Below, piece by piece: positions 9,321-17,390 of a DNA stretch of 20,000 bases; position 1 is the first letter of the stretch; each line of letters starts with the position of its first letter. The DNA is taken from sequence record DRR723986_6657, one strand, 5' to 3'. The position numbers and the translations under genes were made by a program. The notes below the pieces were generated by a model, which saw only the letters and a list, made by a program, of their open reading frames with translations, ran no database searches and had not been told where the DNA came from.

Positions 9321-10304
9321 ATGAGTGACAAGAAACCCTTCCTTCCGCCCGAATGGGCGCCGCAGGCTGCCCTCTGGTGCGGCTGGCCGCATCTTGCTGA
9401 CGAATGGGGCGGCAGTCTTGAAGGCCCGCGCGAGCAGATCGCCGGCTTCATCCGGGCGGCCGCGGGCCATCTGCCGGTCCGTGTTGCAGCCGGATCTGCC
9501 GAAGCTTTGGCCTCGGCCACGGCAGCTGTCGGCGACGTGGCGAAAGTCGTGGAGCTGCCGGCCGGGGACATCTGGCTGCGCGATACCGGCCCCATCGTGA
9601 CGGTGCAGGGCGAGACGCGTGCGGCGCAGACCTTCCGCTTCAATGGATGGGGCGGTAAATACCTGATGCCCGGCGACACGGAGACGGCAGGCGCCATCGC
9701 TGCTGAGGAATCTCTGCCGGCCACTTCGCATGATATCGTTCTGGAAGGCGGCGCCATCGATGCCGACGGCACAGGCCGCCTGCTGACCACGCGCCAGTGC
9801 CTGCTGAATCCGAACCGCAATCCGGACCTGACGGCCGACGAGATCGAGGCCTGCATCTGCACGGCACTCGGCATCGACGAAATGATCTGGCTGGGCGATG
9901 GCCTGCTGAACGACCACACCGACGGCCATGTCGACAATATTGCCCGCTTCATCGGACCGGGTCATGCGCTCTGCCAGATGCCGTCCGGCGACGATGACCC
10001 GAATACCGAGGTCCTGCTGGAGATCGAAGCCACGCTGCGCAATGCAGGCCTGGATGTGACGACGATTCCGTCACCTGGCCTGATCCTCGGCGAGGATGGC
10101 GAGCCGATCCCGGCAAGCCATATGAACTTTACCATCACCAATGGTGCCGTGCTGGTACCGGTCTATGAGGACCATTACAGCCTTGTGGCGCTGTCGGAGA
10201 TGCGTGTCCTGTTCCCGGGCCGCAAGATCATCGGCCTGCCGGCTGGACATATCCTGGGTGGGGGCGGAAGCTTCCACTGCATGACCCGCGAAATTCCCGC
10301 CTGA
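9321..10304 (+). CDS. aguA: Agmatine deiminase (PPAD/AguA family)
   Basis: Motifs PPEWAPQ, DIWLRDTGP, FNGWGGKY, LEGGAI, LLNPNRNP, DHTDGHVDN, ASHMNF and catalytic GGGSFHC. The start could be 9309 or 9321; the ORF-track start at 9273 lies inside the terminator. Confidence 0.93.
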   Translation: MSDKKPFLPPEWAPQAALWCGWPHLADEWGGSLEGPREQIAGFIRAAAGHLPVRVAAGSAEALASATAAVGDVAKVVELPAGDIWLRDTGPIVTVQGETRAAQTFRFNGWGGKYLMPGDTETAGAIAAEESLPATSHDIVLEGGAIDADGTGRLLTTRQCLLNPNRNPDLTADEIEACICTALGIDEMIWLGDGLLNDHTDGHVDNIARFIGPGHALCQMPSGDDDPNTEVLLEIEATLRNAGLDVTTIPSPGLILGEDGEPIPASHMNFTITNGAVLVPVYEDHYSLVALSEMRVLFPGRKIIGLPAGHILGGGGSFHCMTREIPA

Positions 10305-10320
10305 TCCGGAGGATCCGAAG

Positions 10321-11163
10321 ATGAGCCGTACTCTCACTGTCGCCAGCATTCAGTTCACCCCGAGTGACGACATGCAGGACAACATCGATCGCGTGGCAGG
10401 TTTCATCCGTGAGGCCGCCGGGCAGGGCGCCGATGTCGTGCTGCCGCCCGAACTCTTCTGCGGTTATTATTTCTGCAAAACGCAGGAGGAGCATCAATTC
10501 GCGCGTGCCTTGCCCTGGCAGGACCATCCCGCCGTGGTGCAGCTGGTAGAACTCGCGGCGGAACTCGGCGTCGTCATACCCGTCTCGATCTACGAGAAGG
10601 ACGGTCCGCACTATTACAATTCGCTCGTCATGATCGATGCCGATGGCACGCCGCTGGGCATCTATCGCAAGAGCCATATTCCGGATGGCCCCGGCTACCA
10701 GGAAAAATACTATTTCCGGCCGGGCGATACGGGCTTCCGCACCTGGCAGACCATGAAGGGCAATATCGGCGTCGGCATTTGCTGGGACCAGTGGTTCCCG
10801 GAAGCGGCGCGTGCCATGGCCCTGATGGGCGCGGACGTATTGCTGTACCCGACGGCGATCGGCGCGGAGCCGCACGATGCAAGCCTCGATACGGCTGCCC
10901 GCTGGCGCCGGGTGATGCAGGGCCATGCCGTTGCCAACGTCATTCCGGTTGTGGCGGCCAATCGTGTGGGCGATGAGGAAGGCCAGGTCTTCTACGGCAC
11001 GAGCTTCATAACCGACCATGTCGGCGAAATTGTCACCGATTTCGGACGCATTGAGGAAGGTGTGCTGGTTGCGCGCTTCGACCTGGACGTGGTTGACCGT
11101 GACCGGGCGGCGTGGGGCTTCTTCCGCGACCGCCGGACCGATCTTTACGACATTCTGGTCTAA
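10321..11163 (+). CDS. aguB: N-carbamoylputrescine amidohydrolase (nitrilase superfamily)
   Basis: E-K-C triad in PELF, YRKSHIPDGPGYQEKYYF and GICWDQWFPEAAR; also YPTAIG and C-terminal WGFFRDRR. SD GGAGG is present, and the gene is 16 bp after aguA. Confidence 0.95.
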   Translation: MSRTLTVASIQFTPSDDMQDNIDRVAGFIREAAGQGADVVLPPELFCGYYFCKTQEEHQFARALPWQDHPAVVQLVELAAELGVVIPVSIYEKDGPHYYNSLVMIDADGTPLGIYRKSHIPDGPGYQEKYYFRPGDTGFRTWQTMKGNIGVGICWDQWFPEAARAMALMGADVLLYPTAIGAEPHDASLDTAARWRRVMQGHAVANVIPVVAANRVGDEEGQVFYGTSFITDHVGEIVTDFGRIEEGVLVARFDLDVVDRDRAAWGFFRDRRTDLYDILV

Positions 11164-11171
11164 GCCAGGCT

Positions 11172-11729
11172 TCAGCTGCCGCCGGGGACGCCGCGCGATT
11201 GCCGCTGGCTGTCGGGCGGGGCCGGATGTGACGCACGTTCCGGCTTTGGCTTCGGCGCCTTCAGCGAGGCAATCACGATCACATCGCTGGTTTCTTCGAC
11301 ATAGTGTTCCGCCAGTTCGGCGATCACGGTTTTGAATTCTTCGGGGCTGACGCGCCGGTCGAGGTTCGGGTCGAAGCGGACAGGATTGGCCAGCGTATCG
11401 TCGCGCGTCGGCAGGCTTTCGGCCCAATTGATCTGTTCGAATGCTGTCAGGTGACCGTCACCATTGGCGTCGGCCTTCTTGAAGGCGGCTGCGGTGCCGG
11501 TTTCCAGTTCCGCACGAGTGATCCGGCCGTCTCCATCGGTGTCAAAGCTCAGGAACAGCCCGCCGCCAGCGACCAGCCGGTCGGGCGTACCGCGAGGCTT
11601 GCGCGCTTCGGATTTGGTAAATCCCTGGCCGGGCAGGCGGACAATATCGTCATCAGCCTGCTGGGCGCTCGCCGGGGCGGTTGCAGCCATCAACAGGGCG
11701 CCAGCCAGCGCAATCGAACGGAAAATCAT
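11172..11729 (-). CDS. Secreted EF-hand (Ca2+-binding) protein
   Basis: Start reassigned to MIFRSIALAG (SD GGAG upstream). Signal peptide ends ASA|Q. EF loops are DTDGDGRITRAE, DANGDGHLTAFE and DPNLDRRVSPEE. Confidence 0.85.
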   Translation of the reverse strand: MIFRSIALAGALLMAATAPASAQQADDDIVRLPGQGFTKSEARKPRGTPDRLVAGGGLFLSFDTDGDGRITRAELETGTAAAFKKADANGDGHLTAFEQINWAESLPTRDDTLANPVRFDPNLDRRVSPEEFKTVIAELAEHYVEETSDVIVIASLKAPKPKPERASHPAPPDSQRQSRGVPGGS

Positions 11730-11833
11730 GGGATTTACTCCACTAACAGGCGGCCAGACTAAGCGAGTGTTGTGTTTATGCAACATATGGTTTCAGTTAT
11801 ATTGCGCCGGAATGGACCAGGCATTAGCACTCC

Positions 11834-11873
11834 GTTAACGCGCCCTTAACGCTCGAGGGGCAATTCGTTAACC
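11834..11873. promoter_or_regulatory. CtrA-binding site (full box plus half-site) between the EF-hand gene and divL
   Basis: GTTAA-CGCGCCC-TTAAC (11834-11850) reads TTAA-N7-TTAAC on both strands. An additional GTTAACC half-site lies at 11867-11873. Confidence 0.8.
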
Positions 11874-11922
11874 GTTTCATCGGTCGTTATCGCGGCCGAT
11901 TCGGGCTTTTGGATGACGCGGC

Positions 11923-14379
11923 ATGGCACTTACAGCGGAGCAGGTTCCGATCATTATGGCCGCCGGCGCGGCAGCGCTCGGCCTTGCCGCGCTGCTCTGG
12001 GCGCTGCGGGTATCGGACGGTGCGCGCGGGGCAGCCCGCAAATACCGGGACAGGTCTGCTGAGCTGGAAACCACGCTCGCCGCCCATCGCTCGATTCTCG
12101 GCGCCCATCCGGGTGTCATTCTCGTCTGGCAGGGCGAAGCGCTCGAAGCCGAAGGCGATGACATCATCCCGCCCGAAATGTACGGATCTCCGGTCGCATT
12201 GGCCGGTCTGCTGAGCTTCACCGACGATGCCATCTCGCCGGATCCGGCGGTCCGCATCATTGAGGGCCTCGCTGACCTCGAAGCCCGCGACAGTGCCGGC
12301 CAGGACACGACTCTCCGCATCCGCCTGCGCGAGCTGCGCGAGACGGGGCAGGCCTTCTCGCTGACCATTATCGGCCCGTCCGGGCGCTTCCTTGAAGCCG
12401 ACGGCCGCACGGCTGGTGCCCGCGCTGTGGTCTGGGTCAGCGATGCGACGATCAAGGGGCTGGAAGAGAGCTCGGCCCGCGGCAAGCTGGAAGAGGCCCG
12501 TCAGGTCATTGCGCGCGATCCGACCGCCTTCCTCGACATGCTGGGCAAGGCGCCGTTCCCGGCCTGGCGCATGTCCGGCATGGGCAAGCTGCAATGGGTG
12601 AACCCCGCCTATATCGAAGCCGTCGACGGGACCAATCTCGACCGCGTGCTGGACCGCCAGCTGATGCTGGACCAGGCGACTGCCGATCAGGCTCGCAAGA
12701 CGATCAGCGAAGGTATCGACATCGACGAGACGCGCCATATCACCATCAATGGTGCGCGCCGGGCGATGCGTATCCTGACCTTCCCGCTATCCGGCGGGGC
12801 AGGGGCTATGGCGCTGGATGTGACCGCGCAGGAAGACGCGCGCGACGAACTGAACCGTCACGTCCGTGCCCATGATGAGACCCTGAACCATGTGGCAGAT
12901 GCCGTCGCGATCTTCGGCGCCGACCGGAAGCTGACCTTCTACAACAAGGCGTTCCGCGACATGTGGGATCTCGATGAGAGCTTCCTGCTGGAACGTCCCG
13001 GCCATGGCCAGCTTCTGGATCGGCTGCGCGAGCGCCGCAAGCTGCCAGCCCGCGCGAACTATGCCGAATGGCGCGCTGAAGAGCTCTCCTACTATCTCGA
13101 CATTGACGGGGTGAAGGAAGACACTTGGTCACTTCCGGATGAACGGACCCTGTCCGTTACGCGTCAGCGCCACCCAATGGGCGGCCTGCTTCTTCTGTTC
13201 AAGGACATTACCGGCGAACTGGAGCTGCAGACACGGTTCAATGCGATTGTGAAGACGCAGAGCTCCACGCTCGACAATCTCCACGAAGCCGTTGCGGTGT
13301 TCGGCGGCGACGGACGGATGAAATTGCACAACAATGCGTTCGAGCGCCTGTGGAGCCTTAGCGAAGAGATGCTGAAGGACCATCCGGATTATGACGATGT
13401 GGTGGAGGAGTGTATTCCGCTGTTCCACGACACGGAAATCTGGGCGGCGATGAAGAGCCACATCACCGATCCGTCCGCCAAGGCGCGCCAGTCGACGACG
13501 GGTGAAATGCGCCGTTCGGACGGCTCCATCCTGACTTACCTCACTCATCCGCTACCGGACGGGAACACACTGATTGCCTTTGCCGATGTGACGGCCACCC
13601 GCCGCGTCGAATCCGCCCTGCGCGAGCGCGCCGAAGCCTTCGAAGCCGCGGACCGTCTGAAGACGGAATTCGTGCGCAACGTCTCCTACCAGCTGCGTTC
13701 GCCGCTCACAGTCATCTTTGGCTATGCAGAGCTGCTGGAGACCCAGCGCAATGGCGAGCTGACAGAACGCCAGAAGGATTATGTCAGCGCTATCCTGTCT
13801 GCCTCGGATCACCTGTCCAAATTGATCGAGAATATTCTCGATCTCGCCATGATCGAAGCTGGCCGCATGGATCTCGACCTCGAAGATGTCGATCTGGCTG
13901 GTGTGATCGAGGAAAGCATTGAGATGGTCGTCTCGAAAGCAGAGGATACGCAGATCGCGGTCCGGTCTGAGATCGAAGGCAAGCTGGGCATGATCCGTGC
14001 CGACGAGCGGCGCATCCGCCAGATCCTGTTCAACCTGATTTCCAACTCGCTGCGCTTCACCGATTCCGGCGGCGAGATTGTCATCTCGGCCCAGCGCATG
14101 GGCGACATGGTGACCTTCTCTGTCCGCGACAATGGCCGCGGCCTTGAGGCGGACAAGCGCGCGACGAGCTTTGACAGCTTCGTCTCAGGTGATCAGCGTG
14201 GCGCGGGACTCGGCCTTGCGCTGGTGAAGCACTTTGTCGACCTGCACGGCGGCACTGTCGGCATGAAGCCGGTCGATGGCGGCGGGCTGGAAGTCACCTG
14301 TTGGCTGCCGGCACAAGCCATGCGCGCCGTCAGTGCACAGCGCGAACTGCTTCTGTCGGAAAATGTTGTTCCGTCCTGA
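11923..14379 (+). CDS. divL: DivL-type PAS-domain pseudo-histidine kinase
   Basis: N-terminal TM helix and multiple PAS-like segments. The H-box reads EFVRNVSYQLRSPL, with Tyr in place of the phosphorylatable His, which is the DivL hallmark. HATPase boxes QILFNLISNS, DNGRG and GAGLGL are present, and a CtrA box lies upstream. Confidence 0.9.
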   Translation: MALTAEQVPIIMAAGAAALGLAALLWALRVSDGARGAARKYRDRSAELETTLAAHRSILGAHPGVILVWQGEALEAEGDDIIPPEMYGSPVALAGLLSFTDDAISPDPAVRIIEGLADLEARDSAGQDTTLRIRLRELRETGQAFSLTIIGPSGRFLEADGRTAGARAVVWVSDATIKGLEESSARGKLEEARQVIARDPTAFLDMLGKAPFPAWRMSGMGKLQWVNPAYIEAVDGTNLDRVLDRQLMLDQATADQARKTISEGIDIDETRHITINGARRAMRILTFPLSGGAGAMALDVTAQEDARDELNRHVRAHDETLNHVADAVAIFGADRKLTFYNKAFRDMWDLDESFLLERPGHGQLLDRLRERRKLPARANYAEWRAEELSYYLDIDGVKEDTWSLPDERTLSVTRQRHPMGGLLLLFKDITGELELQTRFNAIVKTQSSTLDNLHEAVAVFGGDGRMKLHNNAFERLWSLSEEMLKDHPDYDDVVEECIPLFHDTEIWAAMKSHITDPSAKARQSTTGEMRRSDGSILTYLTHPLPDGNTLIAFADVTATRRVESALRERAEAFEAADRLKTEFVRNVSYQLRSPLTVIFGYAELLETQRNGELTERQKDYVSAILSASDHLSKLIENILDLAMIEAGRMDLDLEDVDLAGVIEESIEMVVSKAEDTQIAVRSEIEGKLGMIRADERRIRQILFNLISNSLRFTDSGGEIVISAQRMGDMVTFSVRDNGRGLEADKRATSFDSFVSGDQRGAGLGLALVKHFVDLHGGTVGMKPVDGGGLEVTCWLPAQAMRAVSAQRELLLSENVVPS

Positions 14380-14399
14380 AACGGAATGGCCGGCGCAGC

Positions 14400-14702
14400 C
14401 TAGTGCGTCTCGGTTGCCGTCTTGCCGGCGCGCTCCGGATCCTGGCCTCGCGTTTCAGCAACCATCCGGACCGGAACTTCCGGCGCTGCATCATAGCGGA
14501 TGATCGCAGGCTTGGAGACCAGCAGGTCTGATCCGTCCTTGTCCGTCACCACAACGGTTTCCATGACCGCCGGGGCTTCTTCGCCTTTCGGCAGGAAGTC
14601 AGCTTCCAGACGGCCGCGCAGCTGGCCACCTTCAGCCGCAAGAACGGGCAGGGCAACGCTGGCAGCGGCGAGCGAGACGGCGAAATAACGAATGGCGGAA
14701 AT
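14400..14702 (-). CDS. Small secreted hypothetical protein; start uncertain (ATT 14702, ATG 14747 or TTG 14759)
   Basis: The ORF fills the gap between divL and the methyltransferase. It has a signal-peptide-like stretch (SAIRYFAVSLAAASVALPVLA|AE) and SD GGGAG 7 nt before the ATT at 14702. Confidence 0.6.
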   Translation of the reverse strand: MSAIRYFAVSLAAASVALPVLAAEGGQLRGRLEADFLPKGEEAPAVMETVVVTDKDGSDLLVSKPAIIRYDAAPEVPVRMVAETRGQDPERAGKTATETH

Positions 14703-14765
14703 GAGACAACTCCCGGGGAAATCCAAAACTCGCCCCGGGAGATGCATGTTTTGTGCCAAAAACGC

Positions 14766-15599
14766 CTATTTGGCGAATTTCAGCAGGAACCGGTCAGTCT
14801 TGCGCCGGACCGCCGGGGCGAACACCTGCACGGTGCCGTCATCGTCCGGATTGGCCAGCACGTCGCTTTCATCCACCAGCGTCAGGCCGTGATTTTCAGC
14901 CAGCGCGATGATCACAGCCTTGTCGATCCTGTGCGTATCGCCGCCGGTTGTCGGCGGTGAGCCCGCTGGTGCCATGTGGTCCAGCACGACCAGATGGCCG
15001 CCCGGCTTCAGCACACGGGCAATCTCGTCGAACGTCATGTCCGGGTCTCCGAGGACACCATCCGGTTCGTCGTTCGGCGTGTACCAGAGTTCATGCGGCC
15101 CAAGGAACCAGGTCACGATATCGGCGTCTGCGTCCGGCACATTGGAGAGATTGTCGAAGGCGCTCTCCACGATCTGAACATTGAGCAGCCGGCCATCGAC
15201 TCGTTTCGAGACGGAGTCACCCAGGAAGGCTTTGAAAGACGGCGGGTTCTGCATGTAGACCTTGCCATCCGGCCCGGCGACACGGGAGAGCAGCTCCGTA
15301 TAGAAGCCATCTCCGGCTTCCATCTCCACAACGGTCATGCCGGGCATGATGCCTGAAAAGGCGAGTACTTCGGCGGATTTCCGCACCGGGTACATCTCAT
15401 AATCCTGTTCCGGCCGGTCGTCCCGTCTGAAGACGCTTTCATAGTCGAAGCCGCTCGGCGAAACCTTGGGCGCAGGGGCTTCGTCTGCTTCCGGTTCGAC
15501 CGGGGCAGCCACAGGGGCTTCCGGAGCTGGTTCTGCAGCCGGTGTGGCGCATGCGGCCAGCAAGGCGCCAGCCAGGCTGAGTAGTGCAATCTGTTTCAT
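14766..15599 (-). CDS. Predicted class I SAM-dependent methyltransferase (COG4798-like), lipoprotein
   Basis: Lipobox LLAA|C, a Pro/Ala/Glu linker, then RKSAEVLAFSGIMPGMTVVEMEAGDGFYT (motif I), LKPGGHLVVLDH, HRID, LANPDD and TDRFLLKF. Strong SD GAGGAGG. Confidence 0.88.
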   Translation of the reverse strand: MKQIALLSLAGALLAACATPAAEPAPEAPVAAPVEPEADEAPAPKVSPSGFDYESVFRRDDRPEQDYEMYPVRKSAEVLAFSGIMPGMTVVEMEAGDGFYTELLSRVAGPDGKVYMQNPPSFKAFLGDSVSKRVDGRLLNVQIVESAFDNLSNVPDADADIVTWFLGPHELWYTPNDEPDGVLGDPDMTFDEIARVLKPGGHLVVLDHMAPAGSPPTTGGDTHRIDKAVIIALAENHGLTLVDESDVLANPDDDGTVQVFAPAVRRKTDRFLLKFAK

Positions 15600-15633
15600 A
15601 TCTCAGTCCTCCTCAGGACGGCCCGTTATCGTA

Positions 15634-16605
15634 TCAGGCTTCGGTCAGCAGTTTCTCACTCATTTCCCACAGGCGTTCTGCCCGTTCGTCATCACAGGCC
15701 CATGGGCGGACATGTTCCCAGCGTTCGCTGGATTCCGTGGCCAGCTGCGCGATATCGCAATCTTCGCAATAGACACCGCCGCGATCAGCCAGCTGGGGCG
15801 ACGTCGCCGCCCAGACGGTTGTGGAGGCGCCCTGTTCGGGTGTCTTGAACCGTTCCAGTACCATGGGTGGAATTGACCCGTCCGGCGCCTTCCAGCCGAG
15901 CGCGACCATTTCCTCTTCTGGCAGGTGGCGCTGCAACGGTGTGAAGATGCCGCCTGGATGGACGGAGAATGCGCGGATACCGATGTCGCGCCCGCGCCGG
16001 TCTACGCCGAGGGCAAACAGGGCATCGGCGGTCTTGGCCTGTCCGTAGGCCTCCCATTTGTCGTAAGCGCGCTCGGTATAGTTCGGGTCGTCCCAGATGA
16101 TATCCGACCGGGCGTGGCCGATCGACGACAAGGCAACGAGACGAGAATTCTCCGTACGCTGCATGGCCGGGGCGAGGGCGAGGCTCATCGCCATGTGGCC
16201 GAGATGGTTGATACCGAACTGGCTTTCCCAGCCGGGACCGACCCGTGCCAGCGGGCAGGCCATGATGCCGGCATTGTTGATCAGGATGTCGAGGCCCCGT
16301 CCGGTCTCGTCATATTCGCGGGTGAACTTCTCGACGCTGGCGATATCAGCAAGGTCCATGGCGGCGATCTCGATGTCGCCAGCCACATCCGCCAGTGCGG
16401 CTTCGGCCGTATCCAGTCGCCGCGCCGGGACGGTGACCCGTGCGCCTGCTGAGGCGAGTGCCCGCACCGTCTCCAGTCCGATTCCGGAATAACCGCCGGT
16501 CACAATGGCATTCTTGCCGGACAGGTCGATTCCCTCGATCACTTCGGCAGCGGTGGACTTGTCGTGGAATCCCGATCCGATCGGGGCCTGGTCTTCTGCA
16601 GCCAT
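15634..16605 (-). CDS. Short-chain dehydrogenase/reductase (retinol-dehydrogenase/WWOX-like classical SDR)
   Basis: Motifs TGGYSGIG, LINNAGIM, QFGINHLGH, YGQAK (YxxxK), VHPGGIFT and GGVYCEDC. SD AGGGAG. Confidence 0.93.
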   Translation of the reverse strand: MAAEDQAPIGSGFHDKSTAAEVIEGIDLSGKNAIVTGGYSGIGLETVRALASAGARVTVPARRLDTAEAALADVAGDIEIAAMDLADIASVEKFTREYDETGRGLDILINNAGIMACPLARVGPGWESQFGINHLGHMAMSLALAPAMQRTENSRLVALSSIGHARSDIIWDDPNYTERAYDKWEAYGQAKTADALFALGVDRRGRDIGIRAFSVHPGGIFTPLQRHLPEEEMVALGWKAPDGSIPPMVLERFKTPEQGASTTVWAATSPQLADRGGVYCEDCDIAQLATESSERWEHVRPWACDDERAERLWEMSEKLLTEA

Positions 16606-16773
16606 CCGGATATCTCCCTTTTCTCCGACTGTGCGTTGAGCGGCGGATACTGCCCCGCAGGTGGGGAGGCGACAAGTGCGGGTTAAGAAAGCTTAAGCTG
16701 GCAAAGCCTTGGTGACGCCCTGATCCGGTCCCTATATCAGAGACGGAACAAAGACTTAGGAAGGGCAGACCCC

Positions 16774-17370
16774 ATGATACGCTCCCCTCTGATTGCAGCG
16801 GCGCTGACATGTTGCGCCATCGCCTTGCCGGCCGCGGCCCAATATGGCCGCGTCGAGAAATCCCAGGCAGAGATAGCACTCGAAAACGCCAAGGAGACAT
16901 TCGCCACACAGCGTGCCGCGCGTCAGGAAGCCAACACGGCCTGTGCCGCACGGGACTATGATGCCTGTGTGAAGGCGGGCGACTCCTACCGCAAGGGGAC
17001 CGGTGGCACGCAGGACTACGGCCTGGCCATCAAGGCATATGAGCGGGCCTGCAATGGCGACAATGGCAAGGGGTGTTCCTCGCTGGCCTACCTCACCATG
17101 CTGGGACGCGGCATGGACGCCAATCCTGTGAAGGCCCGCAGCCTCTACAAGCAGTCCTGTGATCTCGGTGAAGTCAGCGGCTGTGCCGGTTATGGCAACA
17201 TGCTGTTCACCGGCACGGGCGGGGCAAAGAATGTTCCCGAAGGCACGCGTGTGCTGCAGGAGTCCTGCAACCGTGACTATGAATGGGCGTGCGACCGGCT
17301 GGACGAGCTGGGCGCTTACGATCCCGATTCCGTTGCTTATGAACGCCTGAAGGACATGCGCGGCGGCTGA
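16774..17370 (+). CDS. Secreted Cys-rich Sel1-like repeat protein (Hcp-like)
   Basis: Signal peptide ends AAA|Q. About three 36-aa repeats of the form C..LG..Y..G.G...D...A...Y.+AC with paired cysteines. SD GGAAGG. Confidence 0.88.
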   Translation: MIRSPLIAAALTCCAIALPAAAQYGRVEKSQAEIALENAKETFATQRAARQEANTACAARDYDACVKAGDSYRKGTGGTQDYGLAIKAYERACNGDNGKGCSSLAYLTMLGRGMDANPVKARSLYKQSCDLGEVSGCAGYGNMLFTGTGGAKNVPEGTRVLQESCNRDYEWACDRLDELGAYDPDSVAYERLKDMRGG

Positions 17371-17390
17371 GACGCTGTGTGATCCTGCAT

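Noticed and set aside
10228..11427. 399-aa minus-strand ORF over aguB
   Set aside because: It is antisense to a highly conserved gene and out of frame with the EF-hand gene, typical of a high-GC artefact.
13666..13707. Missing phospho-His as evidence of a pseudogene or novel tyrosine kinase
   Set aside because: His to Tyr is the established signature of the DivL pseudokinase, and the ORF is intact.
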